Assembly: GCF_000008665.1 (NCBI RefSeq)
Contig: NC_000917.1
Coordinates: forward strand, 1,650,001 to 1,682,000
Direction: 5' to 3'
DNA: 32,000 nucleotides
Source of the DNA: Archaeoglobus fulgidus DSM 4304
GTDB lineage: Archaea; Halobacteriota; Archaeoglobi; Archaeoglobales; Archaeoglobaceae
The position numbers and the translations under genes were made by a program. The notes below the pieces were generated by a model that was not told the DNA's origin, ran no database searches, and was given only the letters and a program-made list of their open reading frames with translations. Positions 16,836 through 32,000 of the stretch are shown here, one piece after another; within the stretch, counting starts at the first letter, position 1, and each line of letters begins with the position of its first letter.

Positions 16836-18680
16836 ATGGAAGAGAGGGAAAAAGTTGTTTTTGCTGCAACTCTTGCAGCAACGTTTAAGCCAGACTTGAT
16901 GACGAACGACAAAATTGAAGCTGCAACGAAGGGTCATGGAACGCTCGTAATACCGGTTCTCTGTGCCGCAAACTCAATTGCTGAAGACATGTTCGGTGCA
17001 GTTGAGGAGCCCGGAATGAGGCTGATGGGTTCAGCAACCCTTGTTGATGCTGCCGCACCGCTACTCCCGCTCGACCTTGTAATTCAGAAGGCCGTTAATG
17101 AAGCAAAGAACGCCGGAGCATCGCCGGAGAATGCGGCGCTGATCGTTGCTGCCCTCGCTTACTTCTCCGGAGCCGCTGCAAGGGCAGGAGTTCCAATGGC
17201 AAACAGAAAGCTGGGAGCGATGGCCAGAATGCACGCAGGAGCCAGCAGAACGAGCGGTATAGCACTTGTTACAAACAAATTCACGCATAGGATGCCCACC
17301 TTTCCGGCCTACAAAGCAGTTTTCGAGCAGCTCCTCGATAAGAAGCTTACTAGAGTTGACGGCTCCGTTCTGCCACCCTTTATTGCAGGCGGAGCCATTT
17401 ACGGACACAGCGCTCTTGGTGAGGATGTTAACATTCCCGAACTCGCTAAGAATGCCGCAAAGGTTGGAACTGAGGCCATGATGAGAGCCATGGAAGGGGC
17501 TGGAATTACACCCTATCCGCTCTGGCCCGCTTTGATTGGCGCAACAGTCGCAATGGAGATCTTGCATCCAGACGCCTTCCTGGGTGAGGAATACGGCGCG
17601 TTTGGGAGCGTTGATTCAGCGTACATGGCAGGAAAAGGTGCTGCTGAGGCTGCCGGACTGCCTGAGAAGATTCATGTACGCGGAACGGGGGAGGAGTTTG
17701 ATACAGCAAGAGTCATCGGTGATTTCGGTCTTATACTGAAGGACATAGGCGGGTCGTCAGTTATAGACTCAATGGCTCTCAACGAGATTTTTGCAGGTTT
17801 TGAGGAGTCACCGATAATCGGTGCTGGCTTCTCTGGAGGGCCCGTCAACCCACCGCTTGGACACCTCTGCGGGGATAGCGTACCTGCAATCAGGCTGCTC
17901 ATGAAGTACGAAGGGGACATCTACAAAGTTGCTGAGGAAATAAGGAACTACAAGATGAACTCGTTCATCGACCCAGAGATGGCGCTTTGCGCTCTAAACA
18001 CCATAACGAGAAAGGCTGAAGAGGTCAAGAGAGGACCTGTAACCAGAGCATGCATGATAGCAAGTGAAAACGTGAGAGGCAGAGCAGTTTACAGGAGGGC
18101 CGTGAAAGCATACGAGATGCTGAAGGAGGGTAAGAGCGTTGATGAAGTCGCAAAGGCTCTGGATGAAGAGAGAAAGGCATACGTGGAAAAGAGAGGCTCG
18201 GCAATTCTCTCGGCGTTCACAGGCAAGAAGATAGAGTTCAGGTTTACGGAGCTCAGACCTCAGGCGAGAAGGACGGATGGATTCACCAAGAAGTACTGGG
18301 GCTTCGACTCGTACATCTCCTACGACGTTACAATAGACGGGAAGACCTACCACATTGAGAACCTGTCCGCAAAGGCTGTTGTGGACTTCGCTCTTGAAGG
18401 TAAAGGCAGAGACGACCCTGACTACGGAACCGCTTTATTTGCAGGCGCTGTATTGGCACAGGAGCTTCAGTATATCGGGCACACGATCATCAACGTCACC
18501 GTTCCGGCAGCGGTTGCAGCGATCCTTGGTGCTGATGAAAAGGATGCAGCAAAGATGGCCGAAAATGGAGCTTACCTGACAAGGGCCATTCCAGGTGCCA
18601 AGAACAACGCCAAGGAGGTTGCGAAGCTTGCGAAAATGATATACTCAAGATTACAGGAGAAGGGCGAAATATTACCTTGA
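16836..18680 (+). CDS. Hypothetical protein, 614 aa, Ala/Gly-rich and soluble
   Basis: A long uninterrupted ORF with GAGGTGAT before the ATG. Its stop lies 6 nt before the larC start. I recognise no family or motif. Confidence 0.6.
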   Translation: MEEREKVVFAATLAATFKPDLMTNDKIEAATKGHGTLVIPVLCAANSIAEDMFGAVEEPGMRLMGSATLVDAAAPLLPLDLVIQKAVNEAKNAGASPENAALIVAALAYFSGAAARAGVPMANRKLGAMARMHAGASRTSGIALVTNKFTHRMPTFPAYKAVFEQLLDKKLTRVDGSVLPPFIAGGAIYGHSALGEDVNIPELAKNAAKVGTEAMMRAMEGAGITPYPLWPALIGATVAMEILHPDAFLGEEYGAFGSVDSAYMAGKGAAEAAGLPEKIHVRGTGEEFDTARVIGDFGLILKDIGGSSVIDSMALNEIFAGFEESPIIGAGFSGGPVNPPLGHLCGDSVPAIRLLMKYEGDIYKVAEEIRNYKMNSFIDPEMALCALNTITRKAEEVKRGPVTRACMIASENVRGRAVYRRAVKAYEMLKEGKSVDEVAKALDEERKAYVEKRGSAILSAFTGKKIEFRFTELRPQARRTDGFTKKYWGFDSYISYDVTIDGKTYHIENLSAKAVVDFALEGKGRDDPDYGTALFAGAVLAQELQYIGHTIINVTVPAAVAAILGADEKDAAKMAENGAYLTRAIPGAKNNAKEVAKLAKMIYSRLQEKGEILP

Positions 18681-18686
18681 TTTTTT

Positions 18687-19888
18687 ATGAGAATTCTTAT
18701 TTTTGACCCGAAAATAGCAGGCGTATCAGGAGATATGCTCCTCTCTTCACTCATCGACCTTACAAACTCCCTTGACGAGGTGTTAGAGCTTGAGGAGGTA
18801 ATAAACAGGCTGGACTCGTGCAGGAAGTTCAAGGTAAACGTCGTGGAAAGGGATGCTGGAATCAGGGCGAAAGGGCTTGAAATCGAGATTGAAGAGAGAA
18901 AGCTGGCAAACCCTTCGGAATTCAAGAGGGCGGTGGAGTTCGTTGTGAATCACATGGACCTGCCAGAAAGGGGAGCAAAATGGTCTGGAATGTAATTGAT
19001 GACCTCATAAGCGCTGAAGCCGCGCTTCACGGTAATAACTTTCACCTTCACGAGGTTGCGTCTCTCGACACTATTTTTGACGTTGTGGGAAGCGCCGCGC
19101 TACTCTGCAGAAACGGCTACCTCGACGCGGAAATCTACACGACTCCACCAGCGCTAGGCGGAGGGAGCATAGAAATAGCTCACGGCAGAATAACCATTCC
19201 TGCTCCAGCCACTCTCGAAATTCTTAGGAGACATAAGTTCCGCTACTCCAACTTCAACGTTGATGCCGAACTTACAACACCAACCGGCGCTGCAATCCTC
19301 GCAAACTTAACGGAAAACATCGTTGACGTTTTTCCACCCATGACACCGTTTAGGGTGGGCTACGGCTCAGGAACAAGGAAAATACATGGCGTTGTCAACG
19401 TTTTGAGGGTTGCTGAGGGAGATGCTTTCCAGGCGGTTAACGACAGGATAGTGATTCTGGAAACAAACGTTGACGATGCAAGCGGTGAGATTATAGGCCA
19501 TGCAGCAACCAGACTATTCGAGGAGGGGGCTGTAGATGTCTATGTAACTCCTGCAATCGGAAAAAAGAATAGGCCTACACACGTAATTTCAGTAATAACT
19601 GATTACAAAAACTACTCCCGGCTGGTTGAGCTGCTGATGAGAGAAACGGGAACGATAGGAGTGAGAATCTACGAGCTGCCGAGAATGGTGGCTCAGAGGA
19701 AAAAAGAGAGAGTTGAGGTGTTTTTAGAGGGGAAAAAATTCGAGATTACCGTTAAGATATCAAGAGTGGGAGAGAAAGTTATCAACGCAAAGCCGGAGTA
19801 CGAGGATTTAAAGAGGGTGGCGAGGGAGCTTAATCTGCCACTAAGAGAGGTCGCAAAAAAGGTGGAAAAAATACTCACATCTTCCTGA
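18687..19888 (+). pseudogene. larC: LarC (DUF111) nickel-pincer cofactor nickel insertase, split into two overlapping ORFs at an A4 run (18977-18980)
   Basis: ORF1 (18687..18995) begins MRILIFDPKIAGVSGDMLLSSLIDL, the LarC N-terminal motif. ORF2 (18980..19888) continues with AEAALHG..FHLHEVASLDTIFDVVG and TTPTGAAILANL. Reading GCA AAA then ATG (one extra A, or a -1 slip) fuses them colinearly with LarC. Confidence 0.8.
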
Positions 19889-21221
19889 GCGCATCCTCTG
19901 CTGCAAGTATTACTGGTGGGGTGGTGGGAGCTGAAGTTAAAAGCGGATGCGTGCCTATCTGAAGCGTGTCTATCTCTGAGGCGGTCAGGTTGTTCTGGAT
20001 TGCCATTGCTATCTGATTTACCATTTCTCCAACCTCATATCTCCCAGTAACCTGACCTCCAAGGATTACACCACTCTCCTTGGCAAAGATCAGCTTCACC
20101 TTCGTCTTTGCCGCCCCGGGGATACTTGCCAGATGTCTGTTTAAGCTCTCTCCGTAGCCTGCAACGACCTCAAAACCTTCTTTCTTCGCCATCTCCTCAG
20201 TAAGGCCTGCAGCGCCGAGTGCAACATCCCCAACGAAGGTTGAGAAAACACCCACCGTTCCCTTGTTCACTCTCACAACCTTGAGAGAGTACAGATTTGC
20301 CCCAACAATTCTCGCTTCGAAGGTGGCAGTTGAAGCTAACATTACCCTGCTCGTTTCCCTGGTGAAAAAGTCCTTTTCTTCCGAACAGTCCCCAACGGCG
20401 AAAACGTCTTTCTCGCTCGTCCTTCCGTACTCATCCGTCCATATTCTATTTCCTATGCTTATTCTAAGTCCTGCCTTCTTAGCAAGCTCTATGTTCGGAC
20501 GGTATCCCACCGACATTATGACCACATCTGCCTCAATCTTCCTGCCATCCGCGAGTTCAACAGCTTCTACGCTGGAATTGCCCGTAATCCTCTTAACTGT
20601 CGAGTTCAGATAAACTTCTACTCCAAGCTTCTTGAGCTCTTCCTCAGCAATTCTTGCGAATTCCTTGTCAAAAGCGGCTGGAAGCAGCTGATCCATCATT
20701 TCCACCATCGTAAACTTTTTCCCAGCTTTAGCAATCTGCTCTCCTACCTCGACACCTATGAACCCGCCTCCGACTATGACAACCTTTTCAGCCTTTTTTA
20801 CTGCCTCATGCAGTTTTCTGAGCTCTTCTATGTTCTTCGAGACCGTGAAAACTCCTTTCTTCTCAACCCCCTCTATTCTCGGCATCACCGGTGTTGAACC
20901 CGTTGCAAAAACAAGCTTCTCGTATGAAATGCTCTTTCCACCCTTCGTTCTCACGACCTTGGCTTTTACGTCAACATCTTCGACCTCATCGATGATGAAC
21001 TCAATCCCAAGGTTCTCTGCAGGCTTCGTTGGCATCACGTCAGCCTCTACAGAGCCGAGAGTTTTGAAGATGTACGGTATACCGCAAGGCACCAAACTTG
21101 TTTCCTCTTTCTTTATTATCGCCACGCTCTTGGCAGGGTAAAACTTTTTAGCCGTCGTTGCTGTGACTATTCCTGCTGGTCCACCTCCGATAATCAAAAC
21201 GTCGTACTTCATAATACACAT
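19875..21221 (-). CDS. FAD-dependent pyridine nucleotide-disulfide oxidoreductase (NADH oxidase / CoA-disulfide reductase type)
   Basis: The N-terminal YDVLIIGGGPAG FAD motif, a candidate redox Cys in SLVPCGIPY, and a second dinucleotide fold VVIVGGGFIGVE. The start is either 21221 or the ATG at 21212. The 3' end overlaps convergent larC by 14 nt. Confidence 0.8.
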   Translation of the reverse strand: MCIMKYDVLIIGGGPAGIVTATTAKKFYPAKSVAIIKKEETSLVPCGIPYIFKTLGSVEADVMPTKPAENLGIEFIIDEVEDVDVKAKVVRTKGGKSISYEKLVFATGSTPVMPRIEGVEKKGVFTVSKNIEELRKLHEAVKKAEKVVIVGGGFIGVEVGEQIAKAGKKFTMVEMMDQLLPAAFDKEFARIAEEELKKLGVEVYLNSTVKRITGNSSVEAVELADGRKIEADVVIMSVGYRPNIELAKKAGLRISIGNRIWTDEYGRTSEKDVFAVGDCSEEKDFFTRETSRVMLASTATFEARIVGANLYSLKVVRVNKGTVGVFSTFVGDVALGAAGLTEEMAKKEGFEVVAGYGESLNRHLASIPGAAKTKVKLIFAKESGVILGGQVTGRYEVGEMVNQIAMAIQNNLTASEIDTLQIGTHPLLTSAPTTPPVILAAEDALRKM

Positions 21222-21366
21222 GCTCTCGATGAATATTTAAACTTATAAGAATATTAATAAATAAAATCTTTCAGTTATAAACCTTTTGTGAATATTTCTT
21301 TTTCTGTTTCGATAGATTAATTATAATGCTCTAAATATTTTCAACGGAACGCAATCAACAACAAAA

Positions 21367-22236
21367 TCAACTCCGAATCCTGAAAAATCCCATCCCGAAG
21401 CTCGCCTTTGCTCCACCGCCAATAAGCTCGCCTATTGACAGGAGAGTCAGAGCATTATCGTCAATTTCTGAAATCGAATATCTCGCCCTCCCCGTAACAC
21501 CGAAAAAAGACCTTAACCCCTGCCTTTTCGACCTGTGATGCAACTCGTGTTTCTCCCAGCTTGATTCCAGTGTTTCAGCTTCGCAGTAAAATTCAGGCAC
21601 CTCTCCACTGCCATACTCGTTGACGAAGAGGATTAGCCTCCTTCGCACTATGTGAATGAGGAATGGAAGATTTATGGGGGTTTTGGCTTCCATGGGAGTT
21701 AGATAATCAACCTCTATCTCCTTTTCCACCTCTCTGGGTTTGATTTTGCCCAGCTCAATGCTACTAAGGTTCTCAACAAAAACCGTTTCGCCATCGTAAA
21801 CCTCCTTTCCGCTTATGGCATCTGAAATGCTTACTATTTCGTATTTGCTTGTAGCATTGAGCCCCATTTTGCCAAGATATCGGAGACCATATATGATGTG
21901 TGGTAAGTACTTGACGTAGTCCCCAAAAACGTTGATGTAAAGCGTTAGCTCTCCTCTTCCGCTTACAGACCTGCCGAAAAAGGGCGGGATGAACACGATG
22001 GGGCGTACAGGCTGGGATCTGCCCCTTTTCTGCCTGTCTCTTGTGTAAAGGGCATGGTAGAGGCAGTCATCGACAGACTTGCAGATGTTACAGGATGGTT
22101 TAAGGTAGCTGCAGACGGCCTTCAGCAGAACGCTGCCAAAGCCCCCTCTGAACTTGTTGCCGAGGAAGGGCGGAAGGTGATACTGGGGGAAGTAGAGTCT
22201 GGCTTTAAGTCTGGTGAGTTGGAGGGAGAAGGACAT
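21367..22236 (-). CDS. cas6: Cas6-like RAMP endoribonuclease (predicted pre-crRNA processing)
   Basis: 289 aa with a C-terminal glycine-rich loop (IGGGAKASFGMGFFRI) typical of Cas6/RAMPs and an N-terminal FRGGFG motif. It is adjacent to the cmr genes. Confidence 0.7.
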   Translation of the reverse strand: MSFSLQLTRLKARLYFPQYHLPPFLGNKFRGGFGSVLLKAVCSYLKPSCNICKSVDDCLYHALYTRDRQKRGRSQPVRPIVFIPPFFGRSVSGRGELTLYINVFGDYVKYLPHIIYGLRYLGKMGLNATSKYEIVSISDAISGKEVYDGETVFVENLSSIELGKIKPREVEKEIEVDYLTPMEAKTPINLPFLIHIVRRRLILFVNEYGSGEVPEFYCEAETLESSWEKHELHHRSKRQGLRSFFGVTGRARYSISEIDDNALTLLSIGELIGGGAKASFGMGFFRIRS

Positions 22237-22243
22237 ATTTTGC

Positions 22244-22417
22244 TCAAAACCTGTTTTGAAGAGAGTTTTTCACAATTATCCCCGTCTTTCCAAGTATTTC
22301 GAACATTTCGCTGTAACTCTCAGCTCTTTCGAGTCCTAAAGATGAGATGATGTGTGCAGTCTCAATTATGTCTATCTTGCCTTCGATTATATTCCTGTCA
22401 ACCCTATCTAATGCCAT
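22244..22417 (-). CDS. 57-codon ORF resembling the central part of a DUF86/HepT (HEPN-superfamily) protein; probably a truncated remnant
   Basis: The ATG is preceded by GGAGGTTGAGGT. The stretch IIEGKIDIIETAHIISSLGLERAESYSEMFEILGKTGIIVKNSLQNRF resembles the ...P.sY.e.f..L.e.gii... block of YutE/DUF86 proteins. It stops just where the RNxxxHxY motif would begin and lacks the N-terminal helices. The ORF is too short to appear in the supplied track. Confidence 0.3.
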   Translation of the reverse strand: MALDRVDRNIIEGKIDIIETAHIISSLGLERAESYSEMFEILGKTGIIVKNSLQNRF

Positions 22418-22559
22418 ACCTCAACCTCCTCATTCTCTCGTAGTACTCGTGATACGGGCTTTATGTCCAGATACTCCCATCATTACTCTGTTCCACCCTC
22501 CCTCTTTTCATCCTTACAGTGAATGAGGATTGAGTTTTTAGGACGTTAAACATAATCTG

Positions 22560-22591
22560 GCAGGGACGAGAGTCCTCACATCGTCCCTTGC
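22560..22591. other. Inverted repeat / potential RNA hairpin in the cmr6-cas6 gap
   Basis: AGGGACGA (22562-22569) pairs perfectly with TCGTCCCT (22581-22588) around an 11-nt loop. The stem extends to 10 bp if one T is bulged. Confidence 0.35.
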
Positions 22592-22699
22592 AAGATTTGC
22601 CTCGTATAGTGCAGGCGGTCTGAAGTTTTCATTTACGATTGTGGATAGGCTTTCGGCATTCATTTCTATAAATTTTTCAAACTCGCTTTAAAAATTCTT

Positions 22700-25521
<2,822 letters not shown>

Positions 25522-25541
<20 letters not shown>

Positions 25542-26487
25542 TGATATCCACCTCTCGAATTACACCCGTATCTTTCCACTCCCTCAATACATTTCTAACA
25601 TCCACATCGCTTATCAAATTCCAGAGATTCACAATTTTATCAAACATTATACCCTTAGAAACTTTATCTTCTTCAAACTCCAGTATTCTACCCCTGAACT
25701 TTGTCAAAAATTGTTTTCCGAGCCCGTAATTCTCAAGAATCCGCTCCACCTCCCTGATGTTCACGAAACCTCTTCCACCAAACAAATTAGAAATATCTTT
25801 CATGATGCTACCCATTTCCAAGTTGAATATTGGCAACTCCTGCCATTTCTTGAGAATCTCTATTGTTGCCTGCCTTATGTTTTTGTTACTCGGTTTGTCT
25901 ATCCACTCTGGCTCCATCAGAGCCACATCATTCTGAAACAGATAGTAATACTTTGAGATCGTTGCCGTGTATGCGCCTGCTGTGAGCATTGCCAGATTAA
26001 TCTGATTCGTTCCTCCTATCATGTTACCCCAGACTTCCTTATCTTTTAAGGCTCTGAGTATCACTCCAATTTTCTCAAAGCAATCATCAAAATTCTGATG
26101 ATCTACTTTAACAAGATAGAATTTCTTTAAACAGAATTCCAAATTAAAATTTTTTTCGATGTGTCTAAATAGTTTCTTCAAATACTTCACAATTGGTTTT
26201 TCTACCTTCTCTTCAGACCCTCCTGAAAGACTGAACCAATTGGACTTATATTCCAGCTTTTTGCGCCCTTCAATCACATCTCGTGAGGTAAATACCACCA
26301 ATACTTCAGGTATACCTTTTGTCATTTCGTAACTGCCCTTTTTCTCCGCCTCACTCGAGTACTTGAAAAATTCTTTGGCCTCTTCAATTCCAAGAGCTTG
26401 AGCAATCTGAAGAGTGTACACTGCCGTCAATGGTACAGTAACAGCACCCGGTCGAAAGCCTACACCTGAGATGTGATACACACCCAT
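25522..26487 (-). CDS. CARF-like CRISPR-associated protein with a putative C-terminal winged-helix region; function unknown
   Basis: The N-terminal strand-loop YHISGVGFRPGAVTVPL and a later NMIGGTNQINLAM parallel the LGTSPGGV / DITGGRKSM motifs of Crn1/Csa3-type CARF domains. The C-terminal FVNIREVERILENYGLGKQFLTKFRGRILEFEEDKV looks wHTH-like. I see no R-x4-6-H HEPN motif or other nuclease motif. The start abuts the cmr3 stop. Confidence 0.55.
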
Positions 26488-31444
<4,957 letters not shown>

Positions 31445-31465
31445 GCACACTGGCTATCAAAGGAA

Positions 31466-31473
31466 AATATTAA
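31466..31473 (-). promoter_or_regulatory. Candidate TATA box of the cmr operon (leaderless cmr1 mRNA predicted)
   Basis: The minus strand reads TTCGAAAGCTTAATATTTTCC. TTAATATT is centred ~26 nt upstream of the cmr1 ATG (31444) and no Shine-Dalgarno sequence lies in between. Confidence 0.3.
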
Positions 31474-31501
31474 GCTTTCGAAATGTGCTCATTTTACAGT
31501 G

Positions 31502-32000
31502 TTACGGTACAATCAACCCAGCGAGTTCGGTTGCACTCACAATCAGGGGCTTTCTCTTCTTCACCTCAATCAACCCCATCTTCTCAAGAGCTGCAAGATG
31601 CCTCCTTATGGTGCTCTCATCCTTGCCCAAGTGCTTGGATAAGCCTCTCACGTCTCTCAGCCCGTTCATAACGGCCTTAAGGACTTCAACTTTATCATCA
31701 CCAAGCGGTGACTTGACTATTTTCAGAACTCCAACGGGCAGCTCCACAATATCAGAGAAATCTTCTTTCTCAATCTCAACTTTCAGGTTTTCTGGCAGCC
31801 CCAACATGCATGCGAGAAGCACGATGACGACCAAAACTCTCATACCTCCGCTGATATTAACAACAACCAAATCATAGCCCTCAACCTCTTTGATTTTATC
31901 CGCAACCTCTCTGATTGCTTTTTCAACACTCTTCAGCTCAACCTGTAGAACTTCAACCTCCACCCTGTCTCCGTAGGAAGTTTCCAGAAGCTTTCGAATC
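31502..32000 (-). CDS. csa3: Csa3-like CARF plus wHTH transcriptional regulator (N-terminus lies beyond the window edge)
   Basis: The frame stays open to nt 32000. The CARF motif is VVNISGGMRVLVVIVLLA (compare DLTMGMR in Sulfolobus Csa3). The C-terminal wHTH is VLKAVMNGLRDVRGLSKHLGKDESTIRRHLAALEKMGLIEV. Confidence 0.75.
   Translation of the reverse strand, partial: IRKLLETSYGDRVEVEVLQVELKSVEKAIREVADKIKEVEGYDLVVVNISGGMRVLVVIVLLACMLGLPENLKVEIEKEDFSDIVELPVGVLKIVKSPLGDDKVEVLKAVMNGLRDVRGLSKHLGKDESTIRRHLAALEKMGLIEVKKRKPLIVSATELAGLIVP

Noticed and set aside
22320-22400. C/D-box sRNA-like motif (AGATGAGATGATGT) on the plus strand
   Set aside because: The C-box is imperfect and no properly spaced CTGA D box or terminal stem is present.
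22428-22528. Long-range 8-nt inverted repeat: CCTCATTC at 22428-22435 and GAATGAGG at 22521-22528
   Set aside because: About one such 8-mer pair is expected by chance in a 460-nt interval when spacing is unconstrained, so it is not significant on its own.
22538-22663. 41-codon minus-strand ORF (MNAESLSTIVNENFRPPALYEANLARDDVRTLVPARLCLTS) as a possible MNT antitoxin partner of the DUF86 fragment
   Set aside because: It has no GS...D.D nucleotidyltransferase motif and no SD. The nearby TATA-like element is too close to its ATG, and the hairpin lies within it. I treat it as non-coding.

Overview
This window reads as an archaeal chromosomal segment, most like Archaeoglobus fulgidus. That attribution rests on my memory of the NadX aspartate dehydrogenase and the 104-aa Csx3 sequences and was not checked by any search. 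About 30 genes are tightly packed and fall into two parts.

Positions 1-21.2 kb are roughly 50% GC and carry housekeeping or accessory metabolism:
- a nadA-nadX-nadC NAD operon and methionine aminopeptidase
- a cbiMQO cobalt/nickel ECF-type transporter
- a triple-repeat lipoprotein and three small wHTH regulators
- a Ni-CO dehydrogenase (cooS) followed by a metallo-beta-lactamase-fold protein and an HdrD-like CCG Fe-S protein
- a divergent CoA-transferase / acyl-CoA synthetase pair
- an unrecognised 614-aa protein coupled to larC, and an NADH oxidase-type flavoprotein

Positions 21.3-32 kb are a CRISPR-Cas type III-B (Cmr) locus, entirely on the minus strand. The order is csa3 (partial), cmr1, cas10/cmr2, cmr3, a 321-aa CARF-like protein, csx3, cmr4, cmr5, cmr6, a ~460-bp degenerate gap with a DUF86/HepT-like fragment, then a Cas6-like RAMP. 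The cmr1-cmr6 block is visibly much more AT-rich than its flanks.

I found no CRISPR array, cas1/cas2, tRNA, rRNA or transposase. The main curiosities are:
- the uncharacterised CARF protein plus Csx3 pair embedded inside the cmr operon, with no cOA-activated effector nuclease in view
- the degenerate gap upstream of cas6
- the unknown 614-aa gene coupled to larC
- five apparent single-base-deletion frameshifts in otherwise conserved genes (nadA, lipoprotein, an HTH-10 regulator twice, larC), all at short homopolymers, which looks more like a sequence-quality artefact than biology
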